The notes: a model not told the origin generated them from the letters alone. A stretch of DNA of 64,000 nt from an uncultured Gammaproteobacteria bacterium (GCA_964466835.1 CAYXNV010000001.1:7870-71869), one strand, 5' to 3'; positions 45,318 through 56,389 are shown, counted from the stretch's first letter. Translations and numbers: made by a program.

Positions 45318-47303
45318 ATGTCTTTAAATTCATTTTTTAACCCTAAAGCTATTGCGGTGATTGGCGCTTCTAATAAGAAGCATAAATTGGGACGACAAAT
45401 TTTAGATAATATTATTAAGGGTGGTTTTGGGGGAAACATCTATCCCATTAATTTAAAAGAAAAAAGAATTGCTAATCTAAAAGCTTATACCAACATAAAC
45501 GAGGTTCCTATTTCTAGACCCACCTCTTTATTAGTCGTCATTGCTATTCCGGCTAAATTTGTTGTGGCGGAAGTAAAAAAATGTGCTGATTTAGGGATAA
45601 AGAATTTGATTATTATTAGTGCTGGCTTTAAAGAATCAGGATCAACTGGTGAAAAACTAGAAAAAGAAATTTCTCAGATTGCTAAAAAGTTTGAGATGAA
45701 TATTTTAGGACCCAATTGTTTAGGCTTTGTTAATACCATCAGCAACTTAAACGCCACTTTTGCCAAGACTGGTAATCAAACTGGTAATATTGCTCTTTTG
45801 TCTCAATCAGGAGCAATTGGGAGCGCAATGTTAGATTGGTTACAAGAAAAAAATATTAATCTAGGATATTTTTTAAGCTTAGGGAATAAAACAGTGACAA
45901 ATGAAAATGATATTCTAGAATATTTAATCAATGATCCTAAAGTTGATTTAGTTGGTATTTATTTAGAGGAAATATCAGCTGGTCAGGAATTTATGAACCT
46001 AGCATCTCGTCTAGCTAAAAAGAAGCCAGTAGTAGTGTTAAAGGCTGGGCAAAGTTTGTCTGGTAAAAAATTAGCTCAATCCCATACTGGCTCTTTGGCT
46101 GGCTCTAATAAAGCAATTAAAGCAGGTTTAACTAGGGCCGGAGCAATTTATTTAGAGAGTTTGGAGGAATTATTTAATCTTTGTTTATTATCTAAAAAGA
46201 ATTATTGGCGCAAACAAGGATCATCTGATTTACATTTAATTACTAATGCGGGTGGATTAGCAGTTATAAGTGCTGATGAAATTAGTCGGCAGAACTTAAC
46301 CATGGGTGATAGTTTTGATGTTTTAGGGGACGCCCCAGCCTCCCATTATCAGAAAGTTTTAAAAAGTTTATTAGACAATAGAAGAGTTAATAATGTTTTG
46401 GTAATGTTAACCCCTCAAACCTCAACTGAGCCCCTAAAAACAGCTCAAGTGATAGTCAGGTTAGCTAAAAAATATCCTAATAAACTAATTATGACTAGTT
46501 TTGTTGGTGGTCAGGCAATTACTAAAGCAAAAAAAACATTACTTCAAAATAATATTCCAAGCTTTGATTTTCCTGAAGAAGCGATCCAAGGCTTTAAAAG
46601 GTTAATAGACTATAGAAAATCTAATGTTGATCTAAAAACATATTATTTACCAACCACAAAACCTAAAAGGAAAATTAAGGATACAGATTATTTAAAATCT
46701 TTAGCCTTATTAAAAAAATATAATATAAAAACGGTTAAGACTCTTAGATTTAGTCCTAAAATTTTTAAGTCTCTAAAATATCCAGTAGTCGCTAAAGTGG
46801 TTGGCCCTAATTTTATTCATAAGTCCGACAAGAAGGCAGTGGTAGTAGGGATTGAAAATAAAAATGAATTAAAGAAGACCATAAATAAATTAAATAAAGA
46901 TCATAGAAAGAAATTAATTAATCAAGATAATTATTTAGTAGTTCAACCAGAAATTAATAAGGCTCAGGAAATCATTTTAGGGATTAAAAGAGATTCTTCT
47001 TTTGGGCCCTTGGTTGTAATTGGCCTAGGAGGAATTTACGCAGAGATATTTAAAGAAATAAAAATAGAAATTGCTGATTTAAATTTAAATAAAGCCAAAG
47101 AAATTATTAAGAGCCTAAAGATTTATCCAATTTTAAATGGAGCGCGTGGTCAAAAGAAATATGATGTCTCAGAATTAGCTAGAGCTTTAGTTAAACTAGC
47201 TCGTTTAGCTAATGAACATCCTGAAATAAAAGAATTAGATATTAATCCTTTATTTATTAGAGAGAAGGGAGTTTTAGCCGGAGATGTAAGAATAATAGTT
47301 TAA
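45318..47303 (+). CDS. ADP-forming acetyl-CoA synthetase (fused CoA-binding/ligase and ATP-grasp domains)
   Basis: The CoA-binding N-terminus reads [17 protein letters not shown]. It also has [15 protein letters not shown] and a C-terminal ATP-grasp domain. Confidence 0.75.
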   Translation: MSLNSFFNPKAIAVIGASNKKHKLGRQILDNIIKGGFGGNIYPINLKEKRIANLKAYTNINEVPISRPTSLLVVIAIPAKFVVAEVKKCADLGIKNLIIISAGFKESGSTGEKLEKEISQIAKKFEMNILGPNCLGFVNTISNLNATFAKTGNQTGNIALLSQSGAIGSAMLDWLQEKNINLGYFLSLGNKTVTNENDILEYLINDPKVDLVGIYLEEISAGQEFMNLASRLAKKKPVVVLKAGQSLSGKKLAQSHTGSLAGSNKAIKAGLTRAGAIYLESLEELFNLCLLSKKNYWRKQGSSDLHLITNAGGLAVISADEISRQNLTMGDSFDVLGDAPASHYQKVLKSLLDNRRVNNVLVMLTPQTSTEPLKTAQVIVRLAKKYPNKLIMTSFVGGQAITKAKKTLLQNNIPSFDFPEEAIQGFKRLIDYRKSNVDLKTYYLPTTKPKRKIKDTDYLKSLALLKKYNIKTVKTLRFSPKIFKSLKYPVVAKVVGPNFIHKSDKKAVVVGIENKNELKKTINKLNKDHRKKLINQDNYLVVQPEINKAQEIILGIKRDSSFGPLVVIGLGGIYAEIFKEIKIEIADLNLNKAKEIIKSLKIYPILNGARGQKKYDVSELARALVKLARLANEHPEIKELDINPLFIREKGVLAGDVRIIV

Positions 47304-47305
47304 TT

Positions 47306-48019
47306 ATGTATAAAGACAAAAAAATCATTGTTGTTTTACCTGCTTATAATGCTGAAAAAACGTTAGAGCAGACAGTTAATGATTTACCAGAAATGGTTGA
47401 TAAGATTATTTTGGTTGATGATAAAAGCAATGATAAAACAGTTACTTTAGCTAAAAAATTAGGTTTATTTGTTTCCCAACATGAAAAAAATAAAGGCTAT
47501 GGCGGTAATCAAAAAACTTGCTATCGCTTAGCCCTAGAAGAGGGAGCTGATATTATTGTTATGATTCACCCCGATTATCAATATGATCCGAAATTGGTTA
47601 AATATTTTGCTGAATTTTTAGTTGATGATTATTTTGATGTAATGCTAGGCACCAGAATTAGATCTCGCCGGGAAGCTCTAGCTGGCGGTATGCCCTTCTA
47701 TAAGTATTTTTTTAATCGTCTATTAACTATTTTTGAAAATTTTGTCAGTGGTTATAATTTATCAGAGTGGCACACCGGTATGAGAGCTTACAAAAAAGAA
47801 GTTTTGGAAAATATAAACTGGCAAAAAAATTCTGATGACTTTGTTTTTGATTCTCAAGTTTTGTTTCAGATAGTAGCTAACAAATATCGAATTGGTGAAA
47901 TACCAGCTCCAGTAAGGTATTTTAAAGAAGCTTCTTCAATTAATTTTTGGCGGAGCACTAAGTATGGCCTGGGAACAATTTGGACTGGTTTAAAATATTT
48001 ATTTGGTTTTATTAAATAA
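47306..48019 (+). CDS. family 2 glycosyltransferase (polyprenol-phosphate sugar transferase-like)
   Basis: It contains [24 protein letters not shown] and a DxD-type region. Confidence 0.75.
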   Translation: MYKDKKIIVVLPAYNAEKTLEQTVNDLPEMVDKIILVDDKSNDKTVTLAKKLGLFVSQHEKNKGYGGNQKTCYRLALEEGADIIVMIHPDYQYDPKLVKYFAEFLVDDYFDVMLGTRIRSRREALAGGMPFYKYFFNRLLTIFENFVSGYNLSEWHTGMRAYKKEVLENINWQKNSDDFVFDSQVLFQIVANKYRIGEIPAPVRYFKEASSINFWRSTKYGLGTIWTGLKYLFGFIK

Positions 48020-48022
48020 TCT

Positions 48023-49573
48023 ATGTTAAAAGGTTGGCGCCCCTACTTTATTATTTTTGTTTTAGGATTTTTACTCTTTTATCAAACTTTATTTTTTGAT
48101 CTTACTTTTTTAGACGATCAAACTTTAATTTTAGAGAATTCAATTCAATTAGAGTCTCAGGGGCCAGAAGGCATCTTTCTTAATGATGCTTTTTTTTCTG
48201 ACTCTAATATTTATTATCGCCCCATCCTCAATTTATCATTCTGGCTAGAAATGAAAATTGATGGAGCAAATTATTTTATTTTTCATCTTTTTAATATCCT
48301 GTTTCATGTTATAGCAACTTGGTTAATCTTTTTGATTCTAAAGAAAATGAAGGTCAAAAAGCATTTAGCTTTTTTCTTTTCCTTGATTTTTCTTGTTCAT
48401 CCTGCTCTCACTCAAGCAGTCGCCTGGATACCAGGGCGCAATGATTCTTTGTTGACAGTATTTGTTTTAGCCAGTTTTTTGTTATTGCTTAATTTTTTAG
48501 AGAAAGAGAAATTGATAAATTACCTAGGACATTTTTTATTATTGTTGTTAGCTTTATTCACAAAAGAAACAGCTGTTTTTGCTCCAGCTATTTTCTTTTT
48601 ATTTATCATTCTCATTAATAGGAAAAAAATATTTTCAACTGACAATCTTCTCTTATATTTAAATTGGGGAGCAGCTTTATTTATTTACCTACTAATTAGA
48701 GGCTTAGCCTTGTCGGGAGGTATTTCTTTTCAAATTAATGAATTATTAATTTCGGTAAAAGAAAATCTAGTCGCTTTCGTAATTGCTAGTGGCAAAGTAT
48801 TCTTTCCTTTTAATTTAAAAGTTCTACCGATTATAACTAATTCAACCCTGTGGTATGGTTGGCTCACTTTCGCTATTATTATTTTATTATTTATCTTTTT
48901 AGCTAGAAAAAATTGGCGTCAATTTTTATTTGGCTTAGTTTGGTTCATAGTTTTTCTTTTACCAACCCTTTTATTACACAATAAAGAATTGGGGGTTGAT
49001 TTTCATTTAGAGCATCGGATTTATTTACCAATTGTTGGTATAATTTTTCTATTTGCTAGTTTTATTAATACAAAGGTTTTAGAAGAGAATAAAAAATTAG
49101 TAAAAGTAGTTGCCATAATTTTAATTATTGGTTTAGCAACTTTAAACTTTATTCATAGTCGTAATTTTAAAGATAGACTTACTTTCTGGCAATCAGCCGT
49201 TAAAACCTCACCTGATTCTCCCTTGGCTCATCGTAATCTAGGGGTAATGTATTATTTTAATAAAAATAATGATTTAGCTATTCAACATTACAAACAAGCT
49301 CTAAAATTAAACAATGAAGAGGTAATGGCTCATAATAATATAGGAATAATTTATTTAGAACGAAAAGAATTTGCTAAAGCAGAGATTGAGTTTAAAAAAG
49401 AGCTAGAAATTAATCCCTATTATGACAAAGCCTTATTTAATTTGGGGAATTTATACTATAAGCAGGGTAATATAGAAAAAGCGGCTCAATTTTGGCAAGA
49501 AACCCTGCGAATTAGCCCAAATCACTTTGAGGCTTATCAATACTTGCTTATTTCACAAAACCAGCTAAGATAG
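48023..49573 (+). CDS. polytopic membrane protein with C-terminal TPR repeats (PMT/ArnT-like glycosyltransferase candidate)
   Basis: About 10 hydrophobic helices are followed by TPR-like repeats (AHRNLGVMYY..., AHNNIGIIYL..., ALFNLGNLYY...). Confidence 0.6.
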   Translation: MLKGWRPYFIIFVLGFLLFYQTLFFDLTFLDDQTLILENSIQLESQGPEGIFLNDAFFSDSNIYYRPILNLSFWLEMKIDGANYFIFHLFNILFHVIATWLIFLILKKMKVKKHLAFFFSLIFLVHPALTQAVAWIPGRNDSLLTVFVLASFLLLLNFLEKEKLINYLGHFLLLLLALFTKETAVFAPAIFFLFIILINRKKIFSTDNLLLYLNWGAALFIYLLIRGLALSGGISFQINELLISVKENLVAFVIASGKVFFPFNLKVLPIITNSTLWYGWLTFAIIILLFIFLARKNWRQFLFGLVWFIVFLLPTLLLHNKELGVDFHLEHRIYLPIVGIIFLFASFINTKVLEENKKLVKVVAIILIIGLATLNFIHSRNFKDRLTFWQSAVKTSPDSPLAHRNLGVMYYFNKNNDLAIQHYKQALKLNNEEVMAHNNIGIIYLERKEFAKAEIEFKKELEINPYYDKALFNLGNLYYKQGNIEKAAQFWQETLRISPNHFEAYQYLLISQNQLR

Positions 49574-49577
49574 TATT

Positions 49578-51218
49578 ATGTTTAGAAACATTTTTCGTCG
49601 CCAAATTAATAGTATTACAGTAGCGGCTGCCTTGGTGGCTCTATCATCCTTAGCTTCTCGATTACTGGGGATTATTCGTGATCGCATTTTGGCTGGTCAA
49701 TTTGGTGCTGGCACAACTTTGGATATATATTATGCTGCTTTTCGTATTCCTGATTTAATTTTTAATTTAATTATTCTTGGTGCTCTTTCAGCTGGCTTTA
49801 TTCCTATTTTTACTTCTTTGATCAAAGATTTTAAATGTGATAAAGAATGTGGCTTGAGAAATCATAACAAAGAAGCCTGGGGATTGGTTAGTAATGTTTT
49901 GAATATATTATTATTAGCATTGATTATTATTTCTGCAATTGGAATTATTTTTGCTGGGAAATTAACTGGACTAATTACCCCTGGATTTAGCCCTGAAGAT
50001 CAAGCGCTAACAGCTACTTTAACTAGGATAATGTTTTTGTCACCTTTATTTTTAGGTATCTCAGGAATTTTTGGAGGAGTGCTACAATCATTTAAAAGAT
50101 TTTTGGTTTATTCTTTAGCTCCAATTCTCTATAATATCGGTATTATTATTGGTGCTTTATACTTTGTTGATATTTGGGGGGTATCTGGCTTAGCCTGGGG
50201 CGTTATTTTAGGTGCTTTTTTACACATGATTATTCAGATACCAACTGTTTATCATTTAGGTTGGCGTTATTGTTTTAAAATAGCTTGGCGAGATGTAAAT
50301 ACCTGGAGAATAGGTCGAATGATGATTCCTCGTACTTCAAGCTTAGCTATTTCACAAATTAATTTAGTAGTGATAACTATTATTGCTTCGGGTTTATCAA
50401 GTGGTTCTTTAACTGTTTTTAATTTTGCTAATAATCTCCAATCTTTTCCGATTGGTATTTTTGGAATTTCCTTTGCCATTGCTGCTTTTCCAGTCTTATC
50501 TAAATTCGCCTTTAATCTAAAAGAATTAGCTAGTAATTTTTCCTCAACTATTCGCCAGATATTATTTTTTATTATTCCCGCCACTGTTTTAATTATTATT
50601 CTTCGCGCTCAGATTATTAGGGTGGTTTTGGGAACAGGTAGTTTTGATTGGCAAGATACAATCCTGACCATGAACACTCTTGCTTTCTTTGCTCTAAGTC
50701 TTTTTGCTCAAGCAACAATACCGTTATTAGTTAGGGTTTTTTATGCTCGTCATAATTCAGCTACCCCTTTCTATATTGGTTTAATTTCAGTTTTCGCTAA
50801 CATTATCTTATCTTTTACCCTGGCTGAAAGAATGGGAGTAGCTGGACTAGCTCTAGCTTTCTCTATTGCTAATATTTTAAACTTTATATTATTATGGCTT
50901 TGGCTTCACTTTAAGGTTGGTTATCTAGATATCTATAATATCCTTATTTCCTCTCTAAAATTTATTGTCGCCGCTGTTGCCGCCGGTCTAACCGCTCAAA
51001 TTATGAAGGTGGTGGTTTGGCCCATAGTTGATATGACTAAATTCTCCGGAGTCTTTATTCAATTATTAGTTTCAGCTTTGGCTGGCATGTTGATATATGC
51101 TTTCTTTTGCTACTTATTTAAAAGTGAAGAATTTTTTAACTTTATATCAGCTCTGAAAAAGCGTTGGCCCTTTAGAAAAGTTGGGGTTGATGATCAGGGA
51201 GAAGCTAGAGGAATGTAA
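49578..51218 (+). CDS. murJ: lipid II flippase MurJ
   Basis: It contains SRLLGIIRDRILAGQFGAG...DIYYAAFRIPDLIFNL and has about 14 TM helices. Confidence 0.85.
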   Translation: MFRNIFRRQINSITVAAALVALSSLASRLLGIIRDRILAGQFGAGTTLDIYYAAFRIPDLIFNLIILGALSAGFIPIFTSLIKDFKCDKECGLRNHNKEAWGLVSNVLNILLLALIIISAIGIIFAGKLTGLITPGFSPEDQALTATLTRIMFLSPLFLGISGIFGGVLQSFKRFLVYSLAPILYNIGIIIGALYFVDIWGVSGLAWGVILGAFLHMIIQIPTVYHLGWRYCFKIAWRDVNTWRIGRMMIPRTSSLAISQINLVVITIIASGLSSGSLTVFNFANNLQSFPIGIFGISFAIAAFPVLSKFAFNLKELASNFSSTIRQILFFIIPATVLIIILRAQIIRVVLGTGSFDWQDTILTMNTLAFFALSLFAQATIPLLVRVFYARHNSATPFYIGLISVFANIILSFTLAERMGVAGLALAFSIANILNFILLWLWLHFKVGYLDIYNILISSLKFIVAAVAAGLTAQIMKVVVWPIVDMTKFSGVFIQLLVSALAGMLIYAFFCYLFKSEEFFNFISALKKRWPFRKVGVDDQGEARGM

Positions 51219-51222
51219 ATAT

Positions 51223-53037
51223 ATGACAAAATTAATGAATAAAATTAGAAATTTTTGTATTATCGCTCACATCGATCATGGTAAATCAACTTTAGCGGAT
51301 CGAATGTTGGAAATTACCAATACAGTTGAGGAGAGAAAGATGAAAGATCAAATTCTTGATGGCATGGATATTGAGCGGGAACGCGGTATTACTATTAAGC
51401 TACAACCAGTTACCATGGAATATAAAGAATATCAATTGAATTTAATTGACACTCCTGGTCATGTAGATTTTTCCTATGAGGTCTCTCGGTCTTTAGCGGC
51501 CGTAGAGACAGCTGTTTTATTGGTTGATGCTACTCAAGGTATTCAGGCGCAGACTCTGGCTAATTTATATTTAGCTCTGGAACAAAATTTAAAGATTATT
51601 CCTGTAGTTAATAAGATTGATTTGCCAGCTGCTGATGTTCCTAAAACAAAAAAAGAAATTATTGAACTTTTAGGTTGTCAGGAAGAAGAAATTCTTTGTG
51701 CTTCTGGTAAAACCGGAGAAGGAATAGCTGAAATATTAGGAGCGGTTATTAATAGCTCTCCTGCTCAGTCTGATATTGATGACAAAGCTACTCGAGCTTT
51801 AATTTTTGATTCCAAATATGACTCCTATCGAGGCGTAGTAGCTTATGTCAGGGTTTTTAATGGTTCTATTAAAAAAGGTGACAAAATAAAATTATTAACT
51901 ACTAAAGTAGAGAGCGAAGCTTTAGATGTTGGTGTTTTTAAACCAAATTACTTTTCTACCGGTGAATTAAAATCTGGTGAAATTGGTTATGTAGTTACTG
52001 GCTTTAAGCAAGTAGCTGATTGTCGAGTTGGTGATACTCTTACTGCTGGTGCAAAAGTATCTAATTCAGAATCAATTATACCTCTGGCCGGCTATGAAGA
52101 AGTAAAGCCAATGGTTTTTGCTGGTATTTTTCCTCGCGAAGGCAATGACTTTAAAGAATTAAGAGAAGCAATGGAAAAATTAAAACTTAACGATGCCGCT
52201 TTATCATATGAACCAGAAAGATCAGATGCTTTAGGGTTTGGTTTCCGTTGTGGATTTCTGGGCTTATTACATTTAGAAGTGTTTCAAGAAAGATTACGCC
52301 GAGAATATAATTTAGATCTTATAGTGACTGTCCCCAGTGTTGCCTATAAGGTTTTTAAAAGTAATGGTGAAGAAGATATTATTCGCACTCCCCAAAAATT
52401 GCCGGACCCAACATTAATAGATAAAATTGAAGAGCCCTGGGTTAAATTAGATATAATTTCTCCTAAAAATTATATGGGAAATATTATTGAATTAGCTCAA
52501 GAAAAAAGAGGAATCTATAAAAATACTGAATATATTTCGGCAGAAAATAATGACAGTCGGGTTATTCTTCATTATGAAATTCCTTTATCAGCTATTTTGA
52601 CTGACTTTTATGATAAGATAAAAAGTGTTTCCGCTGGTTATGCTTCCATTAATTATGAATATTTAGATTATCGCCCAGCTGATGTTGTCAAAATGGATAT
52701 CTTAGTGGCGGAAGAGATTATTGAGGCCTTGGCAACTATTGTTTATCGTGATGACGCCTATCGTCAGGGTCGGGAAGTAGTTGGAATATTAAAAAAGAAT
52801 TTGCCTAAACAGATGTTTGTTGTTAAAATTCAAGCGGCAGTTAATAGTAAGGTGATTGCCGCTGAAAGACTTTCAGCTTTACGCAAGGATGTGACCGCCA
52901 AACTATATGGAGGTGATGTTACCAGGAAAAGAAAATTGTTAGAAAAACAGAAGAAAGGTAAGAAAAAGATGATGCAAGCTGGTAAAGGCAGTGTCGAAAT
53001 TCCTCCTGATACTTTTGTTAAAATTTTAAAAAGATAA
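51223..53037 (+). CDS. lepA: elongation factor 4 (LepA)
   Basis: It contains IRNFCIIAHIDHGKSTLADR, DTPGHVDF and NKIDL. I prefer the ATG at 51223 over the track's TTG at 51181, which lies inside murJ. Confidence 0.95.
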   Translation: MTKLMNKIRNFCIIAHIDHGKSTLADRMLEITNTVEERKMKDQILDGMDIERERGITIKLQPVTMEYKEYQLNLIDTPGHVDFSYEVSRSLAAVETAVLLVDATQGIQAQTLANLYLALEQNLKIIPVVNKIDLPAADVPKTKKEIIELLGCQEEEILCASGKTGEGIAEILGAVINSSPAQSDIDDKATRALIFDSKYDSYRGVVAYVRVFNGSIKKGDKIKLLTTKVESEALDVGVFKPNYFSTGELKSGEIGYVVTGFKQVADCRVGDTLTAGAKVSNSESIIPLAGYEEVKPMVFAGIFPREGNDFKELREAMEKLKLNDAALSYEPERSDALGFGFRCGFLGLLHLEVFQERLRREYNLDLIVTVPSVAYKVFKSNGEEDIIRTPQKLPDPTLIDKIEEPWVKLDIISPKNYMGNIIELAQEKRGIYKNTEYISAENNDSRVILHYEIPLSAILTDFYDKIKSVSAGYASINYEYLDYRPADVVKMDILVAEEIIEALATIVYRDDAYRQGREVVGILKKNLPKQMFVVKIQAAVNSKVIAAERLSALRKDVTAKLYGGDVTRKRKLLEKQKKGKKKMMQAGKGSVEIPPDTFVKILKR

Positions 53038-53038
53038 T

Positions 53039-53137
53039 ATGAAACGTCGCAAAACAATTAAAATTTTTTGGGTTATTATGGCCGTCTTGATCTCGGTATC
53101 TATGGTATTTTGGTCACTTGGTCCAATGTTCTACTAA
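53039..53137 (+). CDS. putative 32-aa single-TM peptide (below the ORF-track cutoff)
   Basis: Own translation gives MKRRKTIKIFWVIMAVLISVSMVFWSLGPMFY. It has a basic N-terminus followed by a TM helix. Its ATG lies 1 nt after the lepA stop. Confidence 0.35.
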   Translation: MKRRKTIKIFWVIMAVLISVSMVFWSLGPMFY

Positions 53138-53157
53138 TAAAAAATTAAAATATCGCC

Positions 53158-54948
53158 ATGAAAGAATGGCAACTCTATCCTAAGATCACAACTGATTTTA
53201 TTAAACAAAATCCGGAGATATCGCCGGTGGTTTTGCAATTGCTTTTTAATCGAGACCTAACCAAGAAAGAAGAAATAAGTTCCTTTTTGGAAAATAAACT
53301 TGATTCTAAGAAAACTATCAATATTGGTGTCAATGAAGAATATTCTTTTTATAATCCGTTTTTATTTAAAGACATGAAGAAAGCAGTTGATTTGATTATT
53401 TCTCATATTAAGAAAGGAAGTAAAATTGTTATTTATGGTGATTATGATGTAGACGGGGTAACCTCATCAGTAATATTATTTGAAGTTTTGCAAATCCTGA
53501 AAGCTGAAGCAGAGGTTTATCTCCCTGATCGGGTAGAAGAAGGCTATGGTTTGAATCAATCAGCCATTGATCAGATTTTAGAACAAGGATTTGGTCTAAT
53601 TATCACAGTTGATAATGGTGTTAGGAATAAATCAGAAGTTGCCTATGCCAAATCTAGGGGAATAGATGTTATTATCACTGATCATCATGTTCTGCCGGAA
53701 GAAGATGAATTGCCTGATTGTCCGATTATAGATCCGGCCAACCCAAAAGATAATTACCCTTGGCCTTATTTGGCAGGAGTGGGAGTATCTTTTAAATTGA
53801 TCAGTGCTTTATTAGAAAAGTCTAATTTACCAGCTAGTCAGAAAGAGTTGATTTTAGAAAAAAGCTTAGATTTAGTAGCGGTTGGTACAATTGCTGATAT
53901 GGTTAATCTTTTGGGAGAGAATAGGTTACTAGTTAAGAGCGGTTTAAAGATTTTAAATAAAAATAAGCGCTTAGGACTGAATGAACTAATAAAAGTTTCT
54001 AAGATTAATGGTAGTAAAAAATTAGAGGCTTGGAATATTGGTTGGCAACTTGCTCCTCGTTTAAACGCTGCTAGTCGTTTAAGTCATGCTAATAGTGCTT
54101 TTGCATTATTATCAACCGATAATTTATCTGAAGCTAAAAATTTAGCAACAGAATTAAATCAAAGAAATATTAGTCGTCAACAAATTACTGCTGAAATAAT
54201 AGCTCAAGTTGAGGAACAAATTGATCCTGATAATTTACCCGCCCTGATTATTGGTTTAGCTGGCGAAGATCAAGTTTGGAATGAAGGTGTAATTGGTTTA
54301 GTGGCGGGACGAATTTCTGAAAAATATTATCGCCCCACCCTAATTATCACTCGTTTAATTGAAGAGGCTGAATTTGATTCAGAAACTAATAAATTAGTTC
54401 CTAAAAAAATGGCTTTTAAGGGATCAGGTCGTTCAGTTGAAGAGTTAAATTTGATTAAAGCGGTTGAAAATTCAGCTAAATTTTTAAATAAGCATGGAGG
54501 ACATCCAATGGCTTGTGGTTTTTCCATTATTGATGAAAAGAATTTAATTGATTTTAAGAAAGATATAACTGCTTTTGTTAATAAAAAATTAACTGGGGTT
54601 GATTTAAAACCAACATTAAAAATTGAAGCCGAATTAATGATAAATGAGATTAATTTAGAGCTAGCTAAACAAGTTTCTCTATTATCTCCTTTTGGGCAAA
54701 ATAATCCTCAACCACGTTTTGTCACCTATGATCTCAGGATAGATGATATACTAACAATGGGATTTGATAATCAACATATTAAATTTCGTCTTAATGGAAT
54801 TTGGGCAATTGCCTTCGGAGCTGCTGAAAGGTATAAAGATTTTCAAGTTGGTGATAAAATAAATTTAGTATATTATTTAGAAATCAATGATTTTAACGGT
54901 CGGCAAGAAGTTCAATTTAAAATTATTGATATAAAAAAATATGAATAA
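53158..54948 (+). CDS. recJ: single-stranded-DNA-specific exonuclease RecJ
   Basis: DHH motifs are GDYDVDGVTS, DNG and ITDHH. A DHHA1 motif GGHPMACG is also present. Confidence 0.9.
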   Translation: MKEWQLYPKITTDFIKQNPEISPVVLQLLFNRDLTKKEEISSFLENKLDSKKTINIGVNEEYSFYNPFLFKDMKKAVDLIISHIKKGSKIVIYGDYDVDGVTSSVILFEVLQILKAEAEVYLPDRVEEGYGLNQSAIDQILEQGFGLIITVDNGVRNKSEVAYAKSRGIDVIITDHHVLPEEDELPDCPIIDPANPKDNYPWPYLAGVGVSFKLISALLEKSNLPASQKELILEKSLDLVAVGTIADMVNLLGENRLLVKSGLKILNKNKRLGLNELIKVSKINGSKKLEAWNIGWQLAPRLNAASRLSHANSAFALLSTDNLSEAKNLATELNQRNISRQQITAEIIAQVEEQIDPDNLPALIIGLAGEDQVWNEGVIGLVAGRISEKYYRPTLIITRLIEEAEFDSETNKLVPKKMAFKGSGRSVEELNLIKAVENSAKFLNKHGGHPMACGFSIIDEKNLIDFKKDITAFVNKKLTGVDLKPTLKIEAELMINEINLELAKQVSLLSPFGQNNPQPRFVTYDLRIDDILTMGFDNQHIKFRLNGIWAIAFGAAERYKDFQVGDKINLVYYLEINDFNGRQEVQFKIIDIKKYE

Positions 54949-55345
54949 ATTAATTATTTATACTGATGGTGGCGCTCGTGGTAATCCTGGCCCAGCTGGA
55001 CTAGGAGTTATTATTTATGATGAAGATAAAAAAGTGGTAGCTGAAATTTCAGAGTATTTAGGGACAGCTACTAATAATCAAGCCGAATATCAAGCAATCA
55101 TTGCTGGGCTTAAAAAAGCAGTTGAACTAAAGGCAGACGAGTTAGAATTTTATCTAGATAGTGAGTTGGCAGTTAAACAGTTGAATCATGAATACAAAGT
55201 AAAAAACAAAGACTTAGCGCCTTTGTTTTTACAAATTTATAATTTATCTTTAAATTTTAAAAAGATTACCTATACTCACATTAGTCGAGAAAGAAATCAA
55301 GAAGCTGATCGCTTAGCTAATGAAGCCATGGATAAAGCTAAATAG
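54941..55345 (+). CDS. rnhA: ribonuclease HI
   Basis: It contains IYTDGGARGNPGPAG, NNQAEY and EADRLANEA. Confidence 0.85.
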   Translation: MNKLIIYTDGGARGNPGPAGLGVIIYDEDKKVVAEISEYLGTATNNQAEYQAIIAGLKKAVELKADELEFYLDSELAVKQLNHEYKVKNKDLAPLFLQIYNLSLNFKKITYTHISRERNQEADRLANEAMDKAK

Positions 55346-56389
55346 TTAGTATACATGTAAGTGTGTTCCAGTTGTTTGAGGTGTTTTAGCACCATTGCAA
55401 TCATAAAATTCATTAAAGACTTTCATTCCAGCATCTTCTATAATTTTTATTAAACTATCTACATCTTTACACTTATAGCTAACAGTAAAATCAATATCAA
55501 CGCACATGCCATTATTATGGCATTTTGCTTTATGCTTTATTACTGGTGGATAAGCTTCAGTTATCATCCAACGAAGATTGTTTGGAGTATTATTCCAGGC
55601 TTTCTGCAATTTATTATATAAACCAGAATTAACTAGGCCACCATCTTTGTAGGGAATATTTTCTATTTTTACACAATCATTACATTCTATACTATTGTCA
55701 GGATTTCCTTCATAGGATAATGGCTCTAAATCATTTTCTTTTATTGTCCCAATCATTATTGGATCAAAAGTGGTAAATTTAGGATTTAACTGATTAAGCA
55801 ATAAGAAAGAAACCGCTAATATCAATAAACCGACTATTGCACCGACAATAATTTCTCTGGCCTGAGTAATTTTAGAGACATCACCCCCAGATACCAGCCA
55901 GAGCAACCCACCTATCATTAACATCACGGCAGCTAGAATACCAGCAATACTTAAAGCATAATCATATATCATGACGATATATTCTCCTATCCAGGGAATA
56001 CTACAAAAATAACTGCCATCGTCGTTTGGAAAACAACTTACCTTACTAAGTTTTTCATTATTAATTTTAACTTGAAATTCAGGAATTTCAAATTTAGGGG
56101 TAGTAATGCTCCTAGAACTACCAGCTAACGTACTATTACAACAACAAACAGGTTTAGAATACATAGAGCAATTATGAGTTTGTCCGGCACAAGTTGCAGC
56201 AGCGTGACCGCCTAGATTAATAACTGCACCAACAGTTCCGCCAAAGCCAGCGCAAAAAGAAGCATCATCTTCATGTACGCTCATATCATTGCAAGCATAA
56301 GTACAATCTTGAGCTGATGCTGATAATGGCGCTATTATTAATATAAATAATGGAATAACCATTATTTTTTTTATAATTTTAAATCTCAT
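55346..56389 (-). CDS. secreted Cys-rich membrane protein: TrbC/VirB2-like hydrophobic hairpin + LAS/M15-like metallopeptidase motifs
   Basis: The signal peptide reads ...IIAPLSASAQ. The protein has 16 Cys. The hairpin reads IYDYALSIAGILAAVMLMIGGLLWLVSGG...IVGLLILAVSFLLLNQLNP. The C-terminus carries HNNGMCVD (H-x6-D) and THLHV (HxH). Confidence 0.6.
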   Translation of the reverse strand: MRFKIIKKIMVIPLFILIIAPLSASAQDCTYACNDMSVHEDDASFCAGFGGTVGAVINLGGHAAATCAGQTHNCSMYSKPVCCCNSTLAGSSRSITTPKFEIPEFQVKINNEKLSKVSCFPNDDGSYFCSIPWIGEYIVMIYDYALSIAGILAAVMLMIGGLLWLVSGGDVSKITQAREIIVGAIVGLLILAVSFLLLNQLNPKFTTFDPIMIGTIKENDLEPLSYEGNPDNSIECNDCVKIENIPYKDGGLVNSGLYNKLQKAWNNTPNNLRWMITEAYPPVIKHKAKCHNNGMCVDIDFTVSYKCKDVDSLIKIIEDAGMKVFNEFYDCNGAKTPQTTGTHLHVY

